The notes under the pieces were generated by a model, which saw only the letters and a program-made list of their open reading frames with translations, was not told the DNA's origin and did not search any database. A DNA stretch of 64,000 nt, taken from positions 86,490,001-86,554,000 of the forward strand of contig NC_043005.1 of NCBI RefSeq assembly GCF_006345805.1. The letters run 5' to 3'. Positions 39,468 through 50,238 of the stretch are shown piece after piece; position 1 is the stretch's first letter; each line of letters starts with the position of its first letter. Position numbers and translations under genes: made by a program. Source of the stretch: Octopus sinensis. Its lineage: Eukaryota.

Positions 39468-41149
39468 ACACTCTATATATATATATATACCTATATATGT
39501 ATGTATGTATATATATATATATATATATAAAACTCATTTGATATACAAAATTTACAAAACAGCTACTAATATTTTCATGTTTAGAGACACAATAGATTGA
39601 TATATTTATATACCATGTTATTTATCTCCAGGGAATCTTTCGGGCTCAGGGAATGTCGTTAGATATTTATTTAAAAATCTGAACGTTGGTCTATGAAGAA
39701 GCATGAGAAAAAAATCAAGAAGAAAATAACGGGAAGAAGTCTGAGGCAAAGAGTGGAACGTGAAGAAATGAACGAAGACCAAGATCTTCTTCCTGTTAGT
39801 ATACAGAAATCATAATATACCTAATGTAGAATAACATACAAGAAAGGAGACAAATGTTTGTGAGATAACTACTCAATACGGAGCGAGTGGTTTCCTCGAA
39901 ACTTATTTATGTGCTTGCATTTTCTAAAAATTTAGGATCTGGCACTAAGATGTGTGATAGAATTCTTGGGACTAAAAAGGATGTGCAGTTTCAGCTACAC
40001 ATGATTTTCCTCACTTTAGTCTATTTATATAAAGCGTAGATTACTCCACGCTTTTCCACTTGTATGCGGTGTACAGTGGGTCTTCAGACACCAGAAAAAT
40101 GATATGATTCTTTATTCTGTTCATGTGTCACGCCTCTACAATTGAGGCATGAGTTCGCCGAGATTGCTGAGCTTCTTTTCTCACGTATACATATCTACAC
40201 GAGATACACAGACGTACTTTCCAAAGGGTGGTTTCCTTCCCACAAGAGATGCCTTCGAAATAAGGACGCAAATGTCTACGAAATAAAAAAATATAAAAAT
40301 TACTTAAGCCAGACATTTTATTGTGCCGGTAAAATAATTGCTACATTCGTCTCGACCCTTAATTATATTTATTTTATCAAGCACTGAATTTTAAATACTT
40401 CAGTTTGGCTTTGAAGTGTTTCACAGATAATACCAAGTAATACTTGCCAATGATGGTGATGTGGAGATTTGAACCTTGATCCCCACTCTCTGCTGAAGAC
40501 CTTCCTCCTGGCTCGTATGCATCAGGCATTCAATGGAGTATGTTCGACCATCTCAGAATGAGAACGGTGAGATCAAAGTTGCAAAGGAATGGTTGGACTA
40601 CAAGACGGGATTAATTACTTTTAAATGCGAAGGAACAGGCCGTAATCTGGAGTACTGCCTTGTCTGACCTCCATCACTCAATCCCTGCAACTCAAAAGAC
40701 CTTTCCAGAGTTCAATAAAATTTTTTAAATGCGTAAACAAGTGGGAAACAGGAATATAACCATTACGCTCCGAAGGGTCGAAAGAAGAAGAATTATGAAT
40801 GTTAAAGATGTCATCAAGTAATTCGAAATATGAGCGTAAAAGTCTTGATTTTAAACATTAGCGCATGGGAACAAATTTTATCGGAAAGGCTACGCAATTA
40901 AATGTCCTGCAGTTCTTCAATGGCACTTGATATTGACAGAACAGGGAAATCAAAGTCAAAGTTGATTCTTTAATCAGAGATGAATGGAATGTAACAAAAC
41001 TGAATTTTTAAACAAGCCATATTCTAAGGAGTCTTAATGAATCCGTCAATATTTTTTTCTTTTTCTTGTTATCATTATTATCATTAATTATAATAATAAT
41101 AGTAATAATAATAATAACAACAACAACAATATCAATAATAATAATAATG

Positions 41150-41204
<55 letters not shown>

Positions 41205-41208
41205 TGAC

Positions 41209-41264
<56 letters not shown>

Positions 41265-41699
41265 TAATAATAATAAAAAGACCTTTCCATATTAGGTACA
41301 AGGTTATTTAAATTTTTAGAAAGGGTTCTGGACGATTACAACAACGCCATTGCTCAACTGGTAATTATTCAATGACCCCTATGAGATGAAAAGGAAAGTT
41401 TACCTTGGCGTAATATTCTTTCAAGTATAAGCACAAAGCGTGAAATATTTAGGGGAGGGGACTAGTTGATTATACAGAAAACACTGTTGAGCTGGTAATT
41501 ATTTTATTGAACCCGAAACGATGTTGAAAGGCGGACGAAATGTCGCTAAACATTTTGTCCGGCCAGTCAGCTCAATAGCTTGGTATTAAGATATGAACAT
41601 TTAAAACCGTGCTCTGTATCGCAGTGCCCAAATTTGCATTTATCATGTCGTTCCCCATTTTTGAAAAAAATATCAATTAAGGGTCAGATTAACCACGCT

Positions 41700-42088
41700 G
41701 ATTATTATCAAGGCTGCGAGCTGAGCGGTACTTCGTCTGTCTTTATGTTCTGAGTTCAAATTCCACCGAGGAGGACTTTGCCTTTCATCTTTACGGAGTT
41801 GATAAATTAAGTACCAGTTGCGTTCTAGGGTCGATCTAATCGACTGGCCCCCTCCCCACAAAATTCAGGTCTTGTGCCTAGAGTAGAAAAGAATAATCAT
41901 ACCAGATCAATGTGGCGATCATAGCGGTATTTTGTCTGTCTTTACGTTCTGAGTTCAAATTCCGCTGAGGTCGACTTTGCCTTTCATCCTTACGGTGTTG
42001 ATAAATTAAGTACCAGTTGCGTACTAGAGTCGATCTAATCGACCATTCCCCTCCCCCTAAATTTCGAGCCTTGTGCCTAGAGTAGAAA
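41700..42088 (+). mobile_element. Two tandem SINE family B copies (tail ..CTTGTGCCTAGAGTAGAAAA)
   Basis: About 41715-41893 and 41925-42088 are similar to each other and share the central domain of family A. Confidence 0.88.
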
Positions 42089-42749
42089 ATATTGTTCATT
42101 TGAGATCAATTGTAACTTCTTCTACAATTAAATTATTGAAATGAAAAATGCAACTATTTCCTACGGCCACATGTTTGTACGAATGTATATATGTATGTAT
42201 GTAAGCATGCATGCATGTATATATGTATATATGTCCTCACAAACATCCAGCGGCAAAATATTAACTGCAAATCATCAAGCTCACTAATGCTATTGTCTGA
42301 GGCAAACTTATTGCTTTTCTATGCTAAATAAATCAATATAAATTAACAAGTGATCGTTGCATTTTATGAGAAAAAATCTGATAGAATTCAATCAAAGAGA
42401 ACGCGCTGAGCAGAGAAAATATTCCTCATAAAAATGAAAATATTGATCCCCTCAAATAAAAACTGGTCGTTGTGGATTGTGGAAAATGAAAGCGATGTAT
42501 TGATTCCTTTAGTTTGTATGAATGTAGTAATCTCAGTAGATTAAGCCATTAAACCAGTCAGTAATTTCCTGTTGAGATTAGTCGGAACCGCTCAAAGTGA
42601 TTTTCTTTTACTTTGCACCTGTGTGTATGTGTGTGTGTGTGTGTGAAATGGGGCACGAAATATCACGGACCCGGGGACAACTCGTGTCGAATTGTAAATC
42701 ACCAGAAGTTAACATGTTGTGGAATTGGTCACGATCGTAATACAGGTGT

Positions 42750-42770
42750 TGACAGTGGTTATGATGATGT

Positions 42771-42801
<31 letters not shown>

Positions 42802-42963
42802 GTGAAAGCGAGAAGGAGGAAGAGGAAGAGTAGTAGGAGGAGGAAGGCGAGGAGATGCAGGAGGCGGTCGAGAATAGGAAGAGGTACAAAATGATGATGC
42901 GGTGGAGGAGGAAGAATAGGGGGAAAAGAGGTGGAGGAGGATAAGTAGAATCAGGCATATGGC

Positions 42964-43019
<56 letters not shown>

Positions 43020-43619
43020 CGATGATGATGAGTTGAAGGAGAGGTGGAGGAAGAGTAGCAGGAGGCGAAAGGCGAGGGGATGCAGAAGAGGGTCGAGTAG
43101 GAGGAGATACAAAATGATGGTGTGGTGGAGTAAGAAAAATAGTGGGGGAAATAGAGGCGCAGAGGGACGAGTAGAAGCAGGCATCTGATGTTGATGATGA
43201 TCACGATGATGATGATGACGAGGTGGAGGAGGAGGAGGTGTTGGAGATGGAGATACAAGAGAAGGAGGATGCGTAGAAGGAGGTTCATTATGCTGATTAT
43301 GTTGATGATCATGATGATTGGTGAGGAAGTAGGAAGTGAAAGGGGAGTAGAAGGAAGGTGGTGATGATGCTAATGAGAATGAGAAGGTGGGAGACGGTGA
43401 GGATAACGATCATGACAACGATGACGGCAACAATGATGATGATGGCGGTGATTACGGAAATTTACATTACGTTGCAAATGTTGATGTCGGTGATTAAGAG
43501 GACGATACTGTTAATCACAATGATGGAAATCATGCTACAATACATTTAGCCGATGATGATGTTGATGATGATGATGATGATGATGATGGTGGTGATGATG
43601 ATGATGGTGGTGGTGGTGG

Positions 43620-43651
<32 letters not shown>

Positions 43652-43740
43652 ATGATAATGGTGATGATGACAACGACAACGACGGCGACGATGACTATAA
43701 TGATGATGGTGATGGTTGTTCTGATGATGATGAAGGATTC
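42750..43740. repeat. Cryptic (GAT/GAG/GGT)n triplet repeat with internal duplication
   Basis: 42800-42960 resembles 43030-43190 (GGTCGAG..TACAAAATGATG..GGTGGAG). Confidence 0.9.
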
Positions 43741-43795
43741 CAGCGAAGGTGTTTCACGAGACATACCATGGAAAAATATCTAACAAGATATATCC

Positions 43796-44190
43796 TTTTC
43801 TACTCTAGGCACAAGGTCTGAAATTTTATTTTTGTGGGGAGAGGGGCCAGTCGATTAGGTCGGCCGCAGTAGGCAACTGGTATTTAATTTATCGAACCCG
43901 AAAGGATGAAAGGAAAAAGTCGGAATTTGAACTCAGTACGTAAAGACACAAAATGCCTATTTCTTTACTACCTACAAGGGGCTAAACACAGAGAGGACAA
44001 ACAAGGACAGACAAACGGATTAAGTCGATTATATCGACTCCAGTGCGTAACTGGTACTTATTTAATCGACCCTGAAAGGATGAAAGGCAAAGTCGATATC
44101 GTTGGAATTTGAACTCCGAACTTAAAGACAGACGAAATACTGCTAATCAATTCGCCCGGTGTGCTAACGTTTCTGCCAGCTCACTGCGTT
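43796..44190 (-). mobile_element. Composite SINE A plus headless B
   Basis: Junction at 43955/43956, same position as at 25290 and 63790. Confidence 0.88.
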
Positions 44191-44690
44191 CTCTAACAAC
44201 ATATACTGAGGCGAAAAAGGCGTATTTAAAAGTAGAAATACTAACAAAAACAAAAACGAGTCGTTGAGTGACGAAGCAGGTGGAACATTTCATAAATTCA
44301 CTGTTTACCAATAAAGCAATCATTAGAAAAAAAAAAGAATCTTGCTAGGAATGTTACTTAAAGTTTTGTGGAGGCGAAAGGACGTCCGTTGCGGCGGATA
44401 TCCAGATGCAAAGGAAGATAAAATGTCCGTCGTTGGTAAGTTCAAACCACGTTGACGTTGTCATAATTCAACCACAGAAGTAACTGGAAGGATGCACGAT
44501 GCATTTTAAAGCTAACAGGTTATTAATGTGGTCGAATCATTATTAGACCTAATTAGACTTAATTATCACTTATTACCACTTAGGCGCCACACATATCACA
44601 CACACGCACACATACATACACACATACACACACGCACGCACACATATATATATACATGTATATAATGCATGTATATATTTGTGGGTGTTT

Positions 44691-44860
44691 GGAGGCGCGA
44701 TGGCCTAGTGTTCAGGATAGCGAACTCGCGGTCGTAGGGTCGCGGTTTCGATATCCAGGCCGGGCATTGTGAGTGTTTATTGAGTGAAAGCCCCTAAAGC
44801 TCCACGATGCTCCGATAGAGGGTGAACGCCGTCACCACTCACTGTCCCTTTCACTCACTC
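44691..44860 (+). mobile_element. SINE family D 5' half
   Basis: Matches 28545-28720. Confidence 0.8.
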
Positions 44861-45184
44861 TGTTTCTCACTCACTTTTCTCTCTCTCTCTTTCTGTCTTA
44901 CTTCTCTGAAACATTTAAAAAGACAAAATGAATGCCTTCACCACTCACTGTTTTACTCTCTCTCTCATTCTCTCTCTTTTTTCTCTTCTCTGAAGCATTT
45001 AAAAAGACAAAACGAACGCCGTCCCAACTCACGGTCTCTTTCACTCTCTCTGTCTTTCTCTCTCATTCTCTCTCTCCCTCTTTCACTCTTACTTCCTCTC
45101 TGTCCTCCTCTCTCGCTTTGCCACTTCTTCGAAGTGCGACACACGCCACAGGTACGTACAAAACAAAAAAAATTTATACTTTTG

Positions 45185-45398
45185 TTCTTTTATTTGTTTC
45201 AGTCGTTTGAGAGCAGCCATGCTGGAGCAACGCCTTTTAGTCGAGCAAATCGACCCCAATAATTATTTTTTCTAAGCTTAGTTCTTATTCTATCGTTCTC
45301 TTCGTCGAACCGCTAAGCTGCGGGAACCTAAATACACCAGCATCGGTTATCAAGCGATGGTGGGGGGACAAAGAAAAACACGCGCACACGCACGCACG

Positions 45399-45447
<49 letters not shown>

Positions 45448-45583
45448 CCAAATCCATTCTCAAGGCTTTGGTTGGCCCGAGGCAATAGTTGAAGACACTT
45501 GCTCATGGTGCCACGCAGTGGGACTGCACCAGGAACCATGTGGTTGGTAAGTAAGCTACTTGTCGCAAGCCACTGCTGCGCCT
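45185..45583 (-). mobile_element. SINE family C
   Basis: Reverse complement matches 52115-52510. Confidence 0.9.
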
Positions 45584-45926
45584 ATGCATACTCCGTGCAT
45601 ATTTCATACTTTATGCATATTTCGAGTCCATGTCTTTTAACATTATTGACATAAACATCAAACTACAAAAGAACTCAGGTCAACTGCACCAATAAGGAAG
45701 AATCGAGGGTCTAAAATTTGGCAGAATCGTTTCGACAATCTACGATCTGAGTTCAAATACTGGCGACGTCAACTTTGTAGCTGCCTTGCGATATTCGTTT
45801 CGATGCTCAGCTTTTAGAGTTCATTTCCATCGAGGAAGCCGCAAGGACATCGGGGTTGCTGCTTTACGTTATTTCTTCCCAGTCCAAATCTTATCATATT
45901 GTACTCAGGTGATAGACATGAGTGAA

Positions 45927-46252
45927 GGCGAGCGGCTTAGTGGTTAGGGCATTCAACTCACGATTGTAATGTTGTGAGTTCAATTCCCGGCGACGCGTTG
46001 TTTTCTTGAGCAAGACACTTTATATCACGTTGCTCCAGATCACTCATCTGTAGAAATGAGTTGCGATGTCACTGGTGCCAAGCTGTATCAACCTTTGCCT
46101 TTCCTTTGGACAACGTCGGAGGCGTTGAGGGGGGAGTCAGTTATGCATGAGCGACTGCTGATCTTCCATTAAGAACCTTGGCCGGATTTGTACATTGGAA
46201 GGGTACAGTCTAGGTGCAATCCAATGGTCATTCATGACCGTAGGGCCTCCTT
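45927..46252 (+). mobile_element. tRNA-derived SINE with CORE-like domain
   Basis: GGCTTAGTGGTTAGG, GAGTTCAATTCCC, TTCTTGAGCAAGACACTTTA..TTGCTCCAG; related to 62448-62691 and decayed copies near 15115, 30550 and 31770. Confidence 0.75.
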
Positions 46253-46299
46253 ATATATGTTTATGTATGTATACATACACACACACACACACATATTTG

Positions 46300-46534
46300 T
46301 GACACTCCGCAGGTGGTGACGATGGGGGTTCGAGTTGATCTGCTCAATGGAACAACCTACTAGTGAAATTCACGTGCAAGTGGCTGAGTACTCCACAGAC
46401 ACGTGTACCCTCAATGTAATCCTCAGGGAGATTCGGCGTGACACAGATAGTGACAAGGCTGATCCCTTTGAAATACAGGCACAACAGAAACAGGAAGAAA
46501 GAGTGAGAGAAAGTTGTTATGGAGTACAGCAGGG
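46300..46534 (-). mobile_element. SINE family D 3' half
   Basis: Reverse complement matches 28690-28920. Confidence 0.85.
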
Positions 46535-46850
46535 TTCTTCTTTCTTCCTTACCGCATAACTTTTTGTCAGCTGGGCATGCTATATCTATGATTCTGCATA
46601 GTTTGTTATCTTTCTCAATTAAGACTATGTCTGGCTTCCTATTCTCTATCTCATGGTCACAGGGAATCAAAAAATCCCACAGGATCTTTGCATTATCATT
46701 TCCGATGATGCCTTCGGGTTTGTGGTCGTACCAATTCTTTGCTCTGTCATGTCCATGCTTATTGCAGAGCGTCCAATGGACAAGCCTGGCTATAATGTAG
46801 GGGTGTCTCTTATATTCCTTCTGGGCTAGTGGCGTACATTGGCTGGTAAC
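46535..46850 (-). mobile_element. R4/Dong-like LINE fragment
   Basis: SQCTPLAQKEYKRH..IARLVHWTLCNK..NAKILWDF.IPCDHEIENRKPDIVLIEKDNKLCRIIDIACPAD (PD-(D/E)xK type RLE). Confidence 0.85.
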
Positions 46851-46876
46851 ATGAAAATTACGATTTCAATTTATTA

Positions 46877-46973
<97 letters not shown>

Positions 46974-47378
46974 AAAACGCATCTCGCATTTGTATAGAAT
47001 TTATCAAAATCCTTGTTTTAAGTTTTCCTTTTCTATTACTTTTCGAATTATTACTGGATGATCCCTGCTATTTTACGAGATTGCAAAATTAATTTGCAGT
47101 TTTACAAATTAGAAATTTTTAATTAAATTAAATATAATTTAATTTAAGAGAGGAAAACCTGTTATTATATTTCTTTCAAAATATTCTCTCTTCACTATAG
47201 TCCTGCTGAAATAACATCAAACAGGAAAGACAACCACCATCACCGTTGATATACTCGCATCGAATTTTCATCAGAAATAACGAAATCGTCGTCACCTTCC
47301 GCAGCAGCAGCAGCAGCAGCAGTAGCTGCAGCGTCAGCACTGCCACCATCGTCATCGTCATCATCATCGTCATCGTCG

Positions 47379-47415
<37 letters not shown>

Positions 47416-47499
47416 TATCACCACCGTCATCATCATCACCATCATCGTCATCAAAAACACCACTACCACCACCACCATTGTCGTCAACGTCGTAATCAC

Positions 47500-47677
47500 C
47501 ATGGATTGGCTCTGCGGTAAGTAGCTTGCTTACCAGCCATATGGTTCCTGGTTAAGTCCCACTGCGTGGCACCTTCGGCAAGTGTCTTCTACTATAGCCT
47601 CGGGCCGACCAAAACATTGTGAGTGGATTTGATAGACGGAAACTTAAAGAAGTCCTTCGTATATATATATATATATA
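47500..47677 (+). mobile_element. SINE family C 5' half (3' half at 49984-50238)
   Basis: Matches 52120-52290; ends in the central (TA)n. Confidence 0.85.
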
Positions 47678-47744
47678 TTGATAAAACGGTAAGATAACAA
47701 AAGAAAGAAAGAGACCTCAATATTATGTAAATAGAGGAAATAGA

Positions 47745-47937
47745 TTTTTGGCCAGATGTAAGCCCTATACTAAGGGCAGCCGGAAGGTGCGGTCTATGCG
47801 ACATGGAGAGATGGCTTATCTGGAAAAGCAGCTTAGACCCTACTACATGCATAAATACAAGGACAGAGCTTTTCGGATCATGCCCACATGTGACTAAATT
47901 TCTGTTACGTTTTTGGTCCCCTAAAGAAAATAGATAG
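47745..47937 (+). pseudogene. Penelope-like element GIY-YIG endonuclease C-terminus
   Basis: FLARCKPYTKGSRK/(+1 frameshift)CGLCDMERWLIWKSSLDPTTCINTRTELFGSCPHVTKFLL* matches the PLE pattern PY..GSKRCxLCxxEK..I..LNxRxEl..CxH.xKFLL. Confidence 0.8.
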
Positions 47938-48131
47938 AACATGCTTTCTATGTTATGTCCCAAGAAGAATTTATATATTTTTATATATTTTTTTAAATAT
48001 TTTTTATGTATTTTTATATAATTTTTATGACGAAAAATGCGAGCGATGTATAAGTACGCAGGCAAGCAGAGTTATAACAGAGTAATTTCCCCTTATTTAA
48101 CGGTATTTTTTCATAACGTTTTCAAATAGCC

Positions 48132-48194
48132 AGATAACCGAAGAGATGATGTTGTGGATTTCCACTTCGGCATCTGAAACTCAGAGTTTTATCT
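48132..48194 (+). ncRNA. Type I hammerhead-like motif in PLE 3' region (U4C core)
   Basis: AGATAA-CCGAAGA-GATG..CATC-T-GAAAC-TC A GA-GTT-TTATCT; 6-bp stem I, stem III ACTC/GAGT. Confidence 0.55.
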
Positions 48195-48216
48195 TGACTA
48201 CCGAGTAATGTAACAT

Positions 48217-48269
<53 letters not shown>

Positions 48270-48498
48270 ATATATATATTAAAATTACTAAGTCTCTCTA
48301 AAAGAGAACAACGGCAGCGTTCCCGGAAAATATTAGTTATCGCCATACTAATATGGCATTCTTATAAAAATAAGAATAAAGCTGTCCGCTTATTAGCTCC
48401 ATGAGGCCATCGCCTTAAGTTAACTATTTGATACACAAACTGTATCCATATAACCTTTGAACAAGGGAGGTCAGTCGCTCCACACTACTTGGCCGGCA

Positions 48499-48540
48499 GC
48501 TACAGACGCGTTTCGGGGTATTGCCCCTTTTCAATGCAGC
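48499..48540 (-). ncRNA. Type I hammerhead ribozyme (U3-A8 core), inverted copy
   Basis: Exact reverse complement of 49016-49057. Confidence 0.8.
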
Positions 48541-49015
48541 GTAGCCAGACCAGTAGGTGTCGCTTCTGACAATCTCTGTTCAAAGGTTTTATTTACCTAG
48601 CTTCGGTGGAATACATCCACTTGTTTTCAATAATATAAATATTAAAATTACTAAGTCTCTCTAAAAGAGAACAACGGCAGCGTTCCCGGAAAATATTAGT
48701 TATCGCCATATTAATATGGCATTCTTATAAAAATAAGAATAAAGCTGTCCGCTTATTAGCTCCAAATAGCTAACTTAAGGCGATGGCCTCATGGAGCTAA
48801 TAAGCGGACAGCTTTATTCTTATTTTTATAAGAATGCCATATTAGTATGGCGATAACTAATATTTTCCGGGAACGCTGCCGTTGTTCTCTTTTAGAGAGA
48901 CTTAGTAATTTTAATATTTATATTATTGAAAACAAGTGGATGTATTCCACCGAAGCTAGGTAAATAAAACCTTTGAACAGAGATTGTCAGAAGCGACACC
49001 TACTGGTCTGGCTAC

Positions 49016-49057
49016 GCTGCATTGAAAAGGGGCAATACCCCGAAACGCGTCTGTAGC
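49016..49057 (+). ncRNA. Type I hammerhead ribozyme (U3-A8 core)
   Basis: GCTGCA-TTGAAAA-GGGG caata CCCC-GAAAC-GC-GTC-TGTAGC; 6-bp stem I, 4-bp stem II, palindromic ACGCGT stem III, predicted cleavage after C49051. Confidence 0.8.
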
Positions 49058-49378
49058 TGCCGGCCAAGTAGTGTGGAGCGACTGACCTCCCTTGTTCAAA
49101 GGTTATATGGATACAGTTTGTGTATCAAATAGCTAACTTAAGGCGATGGCCTCATGGAGCTAATAAGCGGACAGCTTTATTCTTATTTTTATAAGAATGC
49201 CATACTAGTATGGCGATAACTAATATTTTCCGGGAACCCTGCCGTTGTTCTCTTTTAGAGAGACTTAGTAATTTTGATATTTATATTATTGAAAACAAGT
49301 GGATGTATTCCACCGAAGCTAGGTAAATAAAACCTTTGAACAGAGATTGTCAGAAGCGACACCTACTGGTCTGGCTAC

Positions 49379-49420
49379 GCTGCATTGAAAAGGGGCAATA
49401 CCCCGAAACGCGTCTGTAGC
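49379..49420 (+). ncRNA. Type I hammerhead ribozyme (U3-A8 core)
   Basis: Identical to 49016-49057. Confidence 0.8.
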
Positions 49421-49741
49421 TGCCGGCCAAGTAGTGTGGAGCGACTGACCTCCCTTGTTCAAAGGTTATATGGATACAGTTTGTGTATCAAATAGCTAAC
49501 TTAAGGCGATGGCCTCATGGAGCTAATAAGCGGACAGCTTTATTCTTATTTTTATAAGAATGCCATATTAGTATGGCGATAACTAATATTTTCCGGGAAC
49601 CCTGCCGTTGTTCTCTTTTAGAGAGACTTAGTAATTTTAATATTTATATTATTGAAAACAAGTGGATGTATTCCACCGAAGCTAGGTAAATAAAACCTTT
49701 GAACAGAGATTGTCAGAAGCGACACCTATTGGTCTGACTAC

Positions 49742-49783
49742 GCTGCATTGAAAAGGGGCAATACCCCGAAACGCGTCTGTAGC
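49742..49783 (+). ncRNA. Type I hammerhead ribozyme (U3-A8 core)
   Basis: Identical to 49016-49057. Confidence 0.8.
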
Positions 49784-49945
49784 TGCCGGCCAAGTAGTGT
49801 GGAGCGACTGACCTCCCTTGTTCAAAGGTTATATGGATACAGTTTGTGTATCAAATAGCTAACTTAAGGCGATGGCCTCATGGAGCTAATAAGCGGACAG
49901 CTTTATTCTTATTTTTATAAGAATGCCATATTAGTATGGCGATAA

Positions 49946-49983
<38 letters not shown>

Positions 49984-50020
<37 letters not shown>

Positions 50021-50238
50021 TTGTGTGACTGTTTTTCCCCCCACATCGCTTGACAACAGATGCTGGTGAGTTTACGACGTCGTCACTTAGTGATTCGACA
50101 AAAGATACCGATAGCATGAGTACAAGGCTTACAAAGAATAAGCCCTGTGGTAGATTTGCTCGAATATCGGCGGTGCTCCAGCATGGTCGCAGTCAAATAA
50201 ATGAAACAAATAAAAGAAAAGAAAAGAAAAGTAAAGAG
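49984..50238 (+). mobile_element. SINE family C 3' half
   Basis: (TG)n then CGCTTGACAACAGATGCTGGTG..GGCGGTGCTCCAGCATGG..GAAACAAATAAAAGA matches 52300-52510. Confidence 0.85.

Larger units (their letters stand above)
48276..49952. mobile_element. Tandem array of a 363-bp hammerhead-containing monomer: candidate non-LTR retrozyme
   Basis: Exact 363-bp period (AAATAGCTAACTTAAGG at 48764, 49127, 49490, 49853); + arm 48764-49952, - arm 48276-48763; one HHR per monomer; only a few substitutions between copies; flanked by (TA)n. Confidence 0.85.

Noticed and set aside
40470-40680. Possible mariner C-terminal remnant (P.SAEDLPPGSY..KEWL)
   Set aside because: Similarity too weak and spread over several frames to support by eye
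49073-49102. Pol III A/B boxes inside the monomer (TGGAGCGACTGA, GTTCAAA)
   Set aside because: Poor consensus match and spacing too short; the GTTCAAA is explained by a long-range stem
49052-49414. Rolling-circle translation of the 363-nt circle (length divisible by 3)
   Set aside because: Stops in all three + frames soon after the cleavage site (49054, 49083, 49130), and the ORF track shows no ORF inside the array
48764-49952. CRISPR array or plain satellite interpretation
   Set aside because: Units are 363-bp full repeats with no unique spacers and no cas genes. The ribozyme, self-folding and low copy number argue against a simple satellite
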